Origin: an uncultured Thermoplasmata archaeon
Lineage (GTDB): Archaea; Thermoplasmatota; Thermoplasmata; GCA-020350865
Direction of reading: 5' to 3'
Assembly: GCA_965371185.1 (NCBI GenBank)
Contig: CBDUXN010000002.1
Location: 1 to 55,405, forward strand
DNA length: 55,405 bases
Position numbers and translations under genes: made by a program. Positions 25,348 through 34,500 of this stretch are shown here, piece by piece (the stretch's first letter is position 1; the number at the start of each line of letters is the position of its first letter). Below the pieces are notes generated by a model. It had not been told where the DNA came from and did no database searches. It worked only from the letters and a program-made list of their open reading frames with translations.

Positions 25348-27615
25348 CTACGGATCCAGTTTACTCGTCCTCACCCTCCTCCTGACGATGTAAACGATAA
25401 GACATGCCGTCAACAGAATCAGCAGCAGCAGGAAAAATGGATTGCCCTCCTCGGCTTTTAGAGCCTCCTTTTCCACCTCATGGTATTCCACTGCATCCAG
25501 GTCATAGTAACCAACGGTCATAGACAATTCAGAGCCTTCGTATCCTGAATATGGGGAGCCGAATCTGAGGGGTGCGATCATGGAATTGTCATCCCCAAAA
25601 TCGATGAACTGCGTTTCACCCAAATCCCCTCCCAGGATGAGTTGGACCGACATGATATATTCGATCCTCAATTCAACATAGCTGTTCTCTCTAATTGGAT
25701 TTTGGGCTTTGAAACCCTGCCCCACTATGTCGAAGGCCCATAGTGCATTTGTATCTGCGGCGTCCACATCCAGCTCCTCACGCCTGGAGCCAGAAAATAC
25801 AGGGCTGAAACCCCCGGTGAAATCAACTGACCCGTCGTTGTCGTAGTCGATGGTGTACGAGAGATCTCCAGCAGAGAGCTCAGAGGTATCTAAAGGAAGG
25901 TAACTCAACTCGATTATCACCTTCTCAACCTTCTCAGGAACGAAAATGATCTTCGTTTGATTCACAGTGGTTAGAGACCTTCCAAACTGGTCGTTGTACC
26001 TGCTGTACTCTCCCTCCCATTGGGCGCTTAAAACATTCGTGGGCTTGGATGTATCCACCTCGACCATCATGTGTTCATAGCTTCTCAGAGCATCTTCAAC
26101 GGATATGTCCTTCTCAGGGTACATCTTCCTGAGCCTTTCCAACGTTAACGCCACGCCGACAGCCTTTTCAGCGTTCACTATTCCGTAACCCTGGCAGTAA
26201 TCCATTGGCCTTCCGTCCATGCCTGTTATATTATCCTGGGCTGGCACGCCGTGCTCCTCGGTTGGTTCAAGGTATGTGGCAGTGGCTTCAAGAATCCACT
26301 CGGCCTCATGTATCCTCGTCTCAGGGTTCTCCCACCAGCTTTCGTCATCACCGCTGTAATCCTCGTGCCTATCGCTTATCCCTATGGAAGGAGCGGCTTG
26401 AAACAGCAATGCAACCAGACCTGCAACATGCGGTGTGGACATGGATGTGCCGCTAATGGCCAAGTAGTACGGGTTAGGGTTACCACCAAGCTTCGAGCCT
26501 CCGCTTATCGCTGTTCTTCTCGCGTGTGCGCTCCATATACTCCTCCCTGGTGCACCGATATCTGGATATGTGTGGTTCCAGCCGAGTTTTCCCTTCGAGC
26601 TGAAATCTGTAACAGCGCTGCCATCCCTCTCATAGGCTGCCACCATGATAGCAACCGGCGTATTGCCTTCAAAGCTTGTGGAGATCTCATCCCCCTCCAT
26701 GTTGTCCCTGCCTTCATTGCCTGCAGACCAAGTGGTCACGACATTGTTTTCATATGCCAATTTCATTATCACCTGGGACAAAGGCGCTTCGGGATCGTAC
26801 TCATCCTCTATCGTATGCCAGCTGTTCGTGGCGACTCTGATGTTATGGGGATTGGCATTAGGGCGGGAGTGATCATAGACCCACTCCAGGCTTACCAGGT
26901 AGTCAGCCACCGTTGGATCAACAATCGTCAGGCCGATCAAGTTCGCTCCAGGCGCCACACCTCTTCTAGCTCCAGCAGATGCATCGCCATTGCCGGCGAC
27001 AGTGCCAGCGACATGGGTACCGTGGCCGTAGTCAAAATCCGTGTTCTCCATCTCTATCCATGCATACCCCTCCTCCCTGTTCAGGTAGAGGTTCATGATC
27101 GTCTTTTCACCGTAATCGAGGTCCGGATGGCCAGCATCTATACCTGTATCCACAACCACTATGGTAACTCCCTCGCCGTCGATATTAGAAAATTGGGAAG
27201 AACCCCTGATCTCCCTGTTCCAAGCCCTTGTTGCGTTTATCACAGACAGTGACATCTCCATGTCGATCTCCACATCCCTGTTCAGGTCTATTCTCTTAAC
27301 CATGGAATAACTGCTCAACATTTTGACGGAATCCACATTGCCTCTAGCATAAACTGCGGGTATGATATGATAAGTGTAGATAATCTCAAAGTTAAGGGCA
27401 TTTAGCATACAGGTATCCCTCTCTTCCACATCCTCTTTGAATTGGACGATGATCTCGATGCTGTCAGAAGGTGACATATTTTTCAATTCCCTCAGCGTGC
27501 TCTGAGGGAAGACGTCCTCCCGATATTCCTCTCCAGCGATTATGGGGGCATAATGTGGAATAAGGAGCAAAAAGGAAAACATAACCAACGCAACTCCCTT
27601 GTTTTTCAACTGCAT
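25348..27615 (-). CDS. Secreted subtilisin-like serine protease (S8) with C-terminal TM anchor
   Basis: Catalytic triad contexts are VVDTGIDAGHPDL, HGTHVAGTVAGNG and GTSMSTPHVAGLVALL. The N-terminus is hydrophobic, and the C-terminus is FFLLLLILLTACLIVYIV followed by RRRVR. ATG at 27615 (MQLKNKG). Confidence 0.9.
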   Translation of the reverse strand: MQLKNKGVALVMFSFLLLIPHYAPIIAGEEYREDVFPQSTLRELKNMSPSDSIEIIVQFKEDVEERDTCMLNALNFEIIYTYHIIPAVYARGNVDSVKMLSSYSMVKRIDLNRDVEIDMEMSLSVINATRAWNREIRGSSQFSNIDGEGVTIVVVDTGIDAGHPDLDYGEKTIMNLYLNREEGYAWIEMENTDFDYGHGTHVAGTVAGNGDASAGARRGVAPGANLIGLTIVDPTVADYLVSLEWVYDHSRPNANPHNIRVATNSWHTIEDEYDPEAPLSQVIMKLAYENNVVTTWSAGNEGRDNMEGDEISTSFEGNTPVAIMVAAYERDGSAVTDFSSKGKLGWNHTYPDIGAPGRSIWSAHARRTAISGGSKLGGNPNPYYLAISGTSMSTPHVAGLVALLFQAAPSIGISDRHEDYSGDDESWWENPETRIHEAEWILEATATYLEPTEEHGVPAQDNITGMDGRPMDYCQGYGIVNAEKAVGVALTLERLRKMYPEKDISVEDALRSYEHMMVEVDTSKPTNVLSAQWEGEYSRYNDQFGRSLTTVNQTKIIFVPEKVEKVIIELSYLPLDTSELSAGDLSYTIDYDNDGSVDFTGGFSPVFSGSRREELDVDAADTNALWAFDIVGQGFKAQNPIRENSYVELRIEYIMSVQLILGGDLGETQFIDFGDDNSMIAPLRFGSPYSGYEGSELSMTVGYYDLDAVEYHEVEKEALKAEEGNPFFLLLLILLTACLIVYIVRRRVRTSKLDP

Positions 27616-27698
27616 GACCAAAGCCCCATTTTCAAGAATTATAATGTAGAATATATCATATATATATTTCTGAAGTTTTAATAATTTATAAATAAATC

Positions 27699-28715
27699 CT
27701 AAAACCCAGTTAGCATCTCAGAGAAGGCTTCTATTCTCAATTTCGCCTGCGAAGGGGTTTTTTTCGGCATATCCCCTTGAATTGTGAGCAAGGGATAATC
27801 CAGCCGTTTTCTCAGAACATCATCCTCCAGGAGGTGATGACATGCGAATTGTGTGTAATGTATTATTCCATCCACCTTCCTTTTTTCCAACTCCTTTTCC
27901 AAGAAGTTTATCCTGAATTCCAATTCCCTGGCGAAAGTATAATTGCAGTAATTACTCGCAAGCTCGTCCATATTTCTGCCTGAAAGCCTGGCGAATTCGA
28001 ACGGCAGTTCATCATACACCACATGAAGTCCAAAGGAGCCCAAAACCTCATGGAAATCTGGATATATGGGTGGCACGCCCAGTAACGCGATCCTGCTGGG
28101 GTATTCCATGTTTTCCTCCTGCATATCATCCAATAAACTCTCAAACAGGTTTGGATCACCCTTCATATCGCTGAGCGACACCATGATTTCAAAGACCCTT
28201 TTGGCCGACAACCGACCCTGGACCCTCTTCCTGTCAAGCTCAAGGGCTTTCCTCTTGATTTTATTCATCAAATCGAACATGCCATTGTCCTCAATACCGC
28301 CCAAAAAGGATGCAAGTTCCTCCAATTGAGCTCTCATGTAACCCACATCTTCCTGGAAGGGATAGAAGAAATAGAAGGTGTTGACACCGCTCATGGCCAC
28401 CTTTTGTCCATCAACAAGGGCATTATGACAATCTCCACCGGCAACCACCACCAAGTAATCCAAGGGAAAAGTTTTTTTCAGTATCATGTCTCTCCAAATG
28501 GCAGTCCAGGCGCATAGCTTGCTGTTTGGTTGAAGGTTCGAATTGGGAACGAAGTTGTTGACATCGCATGGTTTTTTTCCACAAGCAAATATCAGCTCGG
28601 GCGGCACCAATGCCGTTATGCCCACCGTATCCATGTTTTTTGCTCCAATGCCTGTTGCAAGGACGAACCCAATATTTATCGTTTTTGAGAACAGTTTTAA
28701 TATGTCTATGCCCAT
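27699..28715 (-). CDS. 2-hydroxyacyl-CoA dehydratase / benzoyl-CoA reductase subunit-family protein (HgdB/BcrC-like)
   Basis: 338-aa ORF. The N-terminal ..ITALVPPELIFACGKKP.. and the overall pattern resemble this family. A more likely start is MDTVGI (28634). No activase or partner subunit is present in the window. Confidence 0.45.
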   Translation of the reverse strand: MGIDILKLFSKTINIGFVLATGIGAKNMDTVGITALVPPELIFACGKKPCDVNNFVPNSNLQPNSKLCAWTAIWRDMILKKTFPLDYLVVVAGGDCHNALVDGQKVAMSGVNTFYFFYPFQEDVGYMRAQLEELASFLGGIEDNGMFDLMNKIKRKALELDRKRVQGRLSAKRVFEIMVSLSDMKGDPNLFESLLDDMQEENMEYPSRIALLGVPPIYPDFHEVLGSFGLHVVYDELPFEFARLSGRNMDELASNYCNYTFARELEFRINFLEKELEKRKVDGIIHYTQFACHHLLEDDVLRKRLDYPLLTIQGDMPKKTPSQAKLRIEAFSEMLTGF

Positions 28716-28782
28716 CTGCTTGATGATCCCGTATTACAGAAGCGAACAGCATTAGAGCGGCTAGATAAAAGGGGAGGATAAG

Positions 28783-29160
28783 ATGAAGGAATTCAAGATC
28801 TTTGTGAAGCACAAGCCCGGAGAGCTGGCGAAGGTGACCGAAACCTTAGCGGGCAGAGCAGTCAACATCAAGGCCATTGCCAGCGAGGCCCTGGGAGAGG
28901 ACGCTTCCCTGAGGGTTGTGACCAACGATATCAACACGACCATAAAGGCCCTGGACGAATCAGGAACGAAATTCGAGCAAAACGATATACTTACGTTTTG
29001 GCTCATCGACAGACCAGGAGAGCTGGCTAAGGTTGCGAAAAAGCTGGGCAAGGCGAAAATCAACATTAAATCCATATACATTTTGGGTCAAAGAGAAGGC
29101 AAAACAGAATTGGCCTTGGTTGTGGATGACATGAAGAAGGCCAGCGAGCTGCTGGGTTGA
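28783..29160 (+). CDS. Tandem ACT-domain protein
   Basis: Two ~60-aa repeats begin FKIFVKHKPGELAKVTETLAGRAVNIKAI and FWLIDRPGELAKVAKKLGKAKINIKSI. GGGGAGG lies upstream of the ATG. Confidence 0.6.
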   Translation: MKEFKIFVKHKPGELAKVTETLAGRAVNIKAIASEALGEDASLRVVTNDINTTIKALDESGTKFEQNDILTFWLIDRPGELAKVAKKLGKAKINIKSIYILGQREGKTELALVVDDMKKASELLG

Positions 29161-29239
29161 TGGTCTTATCCCCATTGACCTCAATATATATGAACGTACA
29201 AGTTATCCAGGCCAATAAGAGCTCCCGAGAGGCTTTTAA

Positions 29240-30259
29240 ATGCAACTTTCAGATTTCGATTATTCTCTACCGCAGCGTCTCATAGCGCAAAGCCCTGCAG
29301 AGCCTAGAGATACCTCGAAACTCATGGTGCTTCGCAATGACGAGATCGAGCACAAAACATTTCGGGATTTGGTAGGGTATCTTGGCAAGGGAGATGTGCT
29401 CGTTCTGAACGATTCCAAGGTTTTGCCTGCCAGGCTCTTTGGAAGGAAGGAAACAGGAGGAAAGGTGGAGCTACTTTTAATAAACAAGGAGGATGGAAAT
29501 AGGTGGGAATGCCTAATAAAAGGTAAGAGCGTCAGATCGGGTACAAAGCTATTTTTTGCTGAGAACAGGTTGGAAGGCATCGTGGAGGATAGGATCCAGG
29601 GGGGCAGGTTCAGGGTTGAGTTTCTTACTGAGAATGACTTGGATGAGATCATCCAAGAGATCGGTGAGATGCCCATACCGCCTTATATCAAAGAGGTACC
29701 TGAGGATCCGCAGAGGTACCAGACCGTCTATGCAAAAGAGAACGGTTCTATAGCCGCCCCAACAGCGGGGCTGCATTTCACCGAGCAAACGCTCGGCGAG
29801 ATCCAAACGAAAGGCGTTGAGATCGTCAACATAACGCTGCATGTGAGCATAGGCACATTCTTGCCCGTGAAAAGCCAGGATATTACCCTTCATACCATGG
29901 GACCCGAGCATTTCGAAATCGGGGCGAATGCGGCAAGGAAGATCAACACCGCAAAGGCCAATGGAAACAAAATAATCGCCGTGGGAACCACCACGGTCAA
30001 GGCCCTGGAGAGCGCCTGCGATGATGCGGGGAAAATAATGGGAATGGAAGGTCAAAGCGATCTTTTCATCCATCCTGGATATGAATTCAGATCCGGTTTG
30101 GATGCGCTATTAACCAATTTCCATCTGCCTAAATCAACGCTCCTCATGCTTGTAACGGCATTTGCTGGTGGGGACAGGATCATGAAGGCCTACAGAACCG
30201 CAGTGGATAACTCGTACAGGTTCTACAGCTTTGGCGATGCAATGCTGATTCTGAGGTAA
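29240..30259 (+). CDS. queA: S-adenosylmethionine:tRNA ribosyltransferase-isomerase
   Basis: MQLSDFDYSLPQRLIAQSPAEPRDTSKLMVL.., ..VLVLNDSKVLPARL.., IAAPTAGLHFT and GTTTVKALES are QueA hallmarks; 339 aa. Confidence 0.9.
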   Translation: MQLSDFDYSLPQRLIAQSPAEPRDTSKLMVLRNDEIEHKTFRDLVGYLGKGDVLVLNDSKVLPARLFGRKETGGKVELLLINKEDGNRWECLIKGKSVRSGTKLFFAENRLEGIVEDRIQGGRFRVEFLTENDLDEIIQEIGEMPIPPYIKEVPEDPQRYQTVYAKENGSIAAPTAGLHFTEQTLGEIQTKGVEIVNITLHVSIGTFLPVKSQDITLHTMGPEHFEIGANAARKINTAKANGNKIIAVGTTTVKALESACDDAGKIMGMEGQSDLFIHPGYEFRSGLDALLTNFHLPKSTLLMLVTAFAGGDRIMKAYRTAVDNSYRFYSFGDAMLILR

Positions 30260-30264
30260 TAGCG

Positions 30265-31371
30265 ATGTTCGAAGTGATCAGCAAGGATGGAAAATCAGAG
30301 GCAAGGACAGGAAGCCTGAAGCTTCCCACCTGTGCAATTGAAACCCCCGTCTTCCTGCCAGTGGCCACAAAAGCAGATGTTAAACTCACCAGCCCGGACG
30401 AGCTCAGAAATCTCGGCGCGCAGGCATTGATCGCAAACGCATTCGTGCTTTATCTGAGACCTGGGATCGAGGTCATCGAGGCAGCAGGCGGGATACACGA
30501 GTTCATGGGATGGGACGGTGCCGTGTTCACGGACAGCGGAGGTTTCCAAATGCTCAACAAGGATTTTCTCCTGTCCGTTTCGGATTCCCACGTTACTTTC
30601 AAGTCACCCTTCGACGGCACGAAGCACCGTTTTACCCCAGAAAAATGCGCGGAGATACAGATGAAGCTCGGCTCGGACGTGGCCATGATATTGGATGACT
30701 GCCCAGCCTACGGCAGCGGTTATGAGCATATTTCCACCTCCACCAAGAGGACGATACATTGGGCGGAGAGGTTCAAAAATGCCCATAGAAGTGATGAGGA
30801 TCAGAGGGTATTTGGTATCGTTCAAGGCGGGGTATACAGGGATTTAAGAGAGAAGTGCAGCTCCTCACTTGTGGATATGGATTTCGACGGCTATGCAATA
30901 GGCGGCTTATGCATCGGCGAGCCCAAGGAAACCATGCATCAGGTCATCGAGTGGACTGCACCGCTTCTGCCTCATGACAAACCAAGATATCTCATGGGTG
31001 TCGGCTCCCCGGAAGATATGTTGGAGGCCATTGCTTCGGGTGTGGACATCTTCGACAGCGTATTTCCAACGAGAAACGCGAGGCACAACACAGTTTACAC
31101 CAAAAGAGGGAAGGTGAACATCGGCAAGGAGAAGTTCAATGGCGACTTTAGATCGATAGATGAGGGATGCGAATGCTATACTTGCAGGAAGTTCTCGTTG
31201 GCCTACGTCAATCATCTGCTTCGGGAGCATGAATATCTCGGTATGAGGCTGGCAACAATCCACAATTTATTCTTCTTGGAGAACCTGATGACGGAGACAA
31301 GAGAAGCGATTGGGGAGGGGGAATTCAATAGGTTCAAAAGTGAATTTTTTGGGAATTATGTGGGTAAATAA
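30265..31371 (+). CDS. tgt: Queuine/preQ1 tRNA-ribosyltransferase, bacterial type (no PUA / archaeosine C-terminal domains)
   Basis: DSGGFQ, FGIVQGGVYRDLR, FDGYAIGGLCIGEPK, DKPRYLMGVGSPED, FPTRNAR, CECYTCRKFSLAYVNHL and TIHNL align along their length with my memory of E. coli Tgt. 368 aa; the ATG lies 5 nt after the queA stop. Confidence 0.9.
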   Translation: MFEVISKDGKSEARTGSLKLPTCAIETPVFLPVATKADVKLTSPDELRNLGAQALIANAFVLYLRPGIEVIEAAGGIHEFMGWDGAVFTDSGGFQMLNKDFLLSVSDSHVTFKSPFDGTKHRFTPEKCAEIQMKLGSDVAMILDDCPAYGSGYEHISTSTKRTIHWAERFKNAHRSDEDQRVFGIVQGGVYRDLREKCSSSLVDMDFDGYAIGGLCIGEPKETMHQVIEWTAPLLPHDKPRYLMGVGSPEDMLEAIASGVDIFDSVFPTRNARHNTVYTKRGKVNIGKEKFNGDFRSIDEGCECYTCRKFSLAYVNHLLREHEYLGMRLATIHNLFFLENLMTETREAIGEGEFNRFKSEFFGNYVGK

Positions 31372-31553
31372 GTAGCCTTTCAAAGCATGGAAAAACTTGA
31401 GAACTCAGGAGTAACCTTGTCGCAACCCTTTTGGGATTAAACCCGCCCCATTACTTCATAGGATATCTTCACCGAAAAGTATAAAATATCATAATATTAT
31501 GGAAAACCTCCTATCTTAATTCGTACATTGAGATGGAACTTGGAGGAGTTGCA

Positions 31554-34500
31554 ATGAAGATGGTGAAGAGAACGGATGTTATTGGCAATTGCAAATATAG
31601 ATTCAGAGGCGTATTTTTAGCAATAATCCTACTCGCTTCCGTAGGGGTAATAAACCACATTAGCGTGAATGTAGTTGGAGCAGATATCTATGAGCCTGAT
31701 GATGATCCCGGAAATGCTACCGCCATCACAACCGATGGTACCTTATATAGCCACGATTTCACCCCTGGTAATGACTATGAGGACTGGCACAACTTCACTG
31801 CAACAAGTGGTACTTACTATATCATAGAAACCCATAATCTCGGTGCCGCTGACACTGAGCTCTGGCTATACGATACTGATGGAGTTTCCTTAATCTACCA
31901 TAATGACGATAATGGAACGGAACCATCAGCATCAAGAATCGAATGGATAGCACCAAGAAGCGATAATTTCTATGTCCTGATCACCGAATATAATTGGGGT
32001 ACTGGTCCATCATACACATATGACATCAACATAACAGAATCAATACCACCGCCGGGAGATATCTATGAGCCAGACAATGATTTCGGAAACGCGAGTGTCA
32101 TACCTACAGATGGCACGAATCAAAGTCACACTTTCCACATCAATGCTGATGAAGACTGGGTAATGTTCACCATCACACCAGGAACGATATACACCATAGA
32201 AACACTGAATCTCTCATCTTCCTGTGATACATATATTGCATTATTCGAAAGCGACGGTACCACCGTTATTCTTGAAGATGACGATGGAGGAGGAGGTTAT
32301 GCCTCACGTATTATATGGGATCCCACAGGATATCCTGCAGGCGATTATTATGTCGGAGTTTGGGGGATCATGGGAGGTTCTGGACCTAATTGTTCTTACG
32401 ACATAAGAATATATGAAAGTGGGGCTTCACCTGATGCCTATGAGCCCGACGACAACCCAGGAGAGGCGACCCTCATCCCCACGGATGGGACGAACCAAAC
32501 CCACAATTTCCATGTCTCAAATGACGAGGACTGGGTAATGTTTTCCATCACGCCAGGAACACTCTATACCATGGAAACACTGAACCTCTCACCTTCTTGT
32601 GACACATATATGGAATTATACGAAAGCGACGGCACCACACTTATCGACTGGGACGATGATTCAGGAGGAGATTTCGCGTCCCGGATTTATTGGAATTCCA
32701 CAGGGTATCCGCCGGGCAATTATTATATCAGAGTTATTGAGGTTTGGGGAGGTGCTGGGGTCGATTACTATTATGATATCAGAATATTGGAAAAGGGACC
32801 AGCTGCCCAGTTCGATCCTCCGCATTCGGATCACGGTCTGGATACGGATAGCGACGGCCCATACAACTTCTTGGTTGTCAACGCCACAGTGAATGTAAGT
32901 GTTGCAGGCAATTACATAGTGTATGGTGAGTTAGAGGATATTTTCTATTATTGGATAGATGATGATATCAATGTCACCTCTCTTACCGTTGGTAATCAAA
33001 CCGTGGAACTGCGTTTCGATGGTGTCAGCATAAACAGTAATGGCGAGGATGGACCCTACATCGTAATGCTATACCTGTATAACGAATCCTGGGGTCTGAT
33101 CCAAATTGATATGCATACGACAGATGCTTACACATATGATCAGTTCCAGCCTCCACCCGATGCTCTCATCGTTACGGGCAATGACATTGCACCAGTGGAT
33201 GTTATCCAGGGTCAAACCGATGTTGAAATGGAACAGTTGACACTCAGTGCCTCTAAAGGTTCCGTGAACGTGACCTCATTTACGGTGGTTCTATCGGGAA
33301 CAGGTAATGATGCTGACGTGTTAGATGTGAGGTTGTTTGATGATGCTGATGATACCGGCGATTTAACAGGGGGAGATGTGCAGCTTGGAACAACCCAGAC
33401 ATTCTCAGGGGGAACTCTCACGTTCTCGGGTTTGTGGTTCACAGTATATTTTGGAACGGATGAGAATCTCCTCATCGTGTACAACATATCTATCACGGCC
33501 ACAGTTGGCCAAACCGTTGGTTGTACAATTGTGGACAATACTTCTATCACTGTGGAAGCGTCGGATACTGTCAATGCATTTTTAACCATCCAATCAACGA
33601 ACTCCACCATCCAAGACCTACCTGATGCACTCACGGTCCTCGGTACAGACAAAGCGCCAACCGATGTTATCCAAGGTCAAACCGATGTCGAGATGGAGCT
33701 GTTGACGTTAACAGCAAGTGCCGATAGTGTTACCTTATCCGCAATCAAAGTGGACCTATCAGGCAACGGTACGGATGCTGATGTTGCCGGGGTGAAATTG
33801 TATGACGATATCGATGAGAGCGGTAATCTCACGGTTGGTGACACTCAACTTGGATCAACCCAGACGTTTTCAGGCGGCACCCTCACATTCTCTGGACTAT
33901 CCTTTACCATCGATTTCGGTTCCCCTGAGTATCTGCTTATCATGTTCGACATCTCCCCTTTAGCCACTGTAAACGATGCTGTTGGCTGTGAAATCGTGGA
34001 TGAAACCTATCTTACCGTAGCACCGGATACCGTCAATACTTTCACAGCGATAAATTCAACGAATTCAACAATTCTCGACTCGGGATCGGATGTGCTAACA
34101 GTCACAGGTACGAATGAGGCGCCAACCAATGTCTTGCAGGGCGAAACAGAAGTTGTTATGGAGCGGTTGACGCTTACTGCAATCGGTGGCTCGATATCGG
34201 TAACCGACATCAAAGTCGATCTGTCCGGAACCGGTTCGGATTCTGACATAGCCGTGGCAAGATTATTTTATGATACTGACAGCAGTGGTACCTATACAGC
34301 GGGAATGGATATCCAGTTGGGATCGGACCAAACATTCGTGGGCGGTACCCTCACCTTCACAGGTATTGTGCTGATATTGGGCTCTGGGATGACGGATTAC
34401 CTGTTCATCCTTTATGATATTAATGCCACTGCAACCGTAGGCGCCACAGTTGGCTGCACACTCGTGGATAATACCTACATCACAGTGGAACCGCCTAATG

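Noticed and set aside
26251-27252. 333-aa plus-strand ORF inside the protease region
   Set aside because: It is antisense to an ORF carrying a complete S8 catalytic triad. Its Arg/Cys/His-rich composition is typical of a shadow frame in GC-richer DNA.
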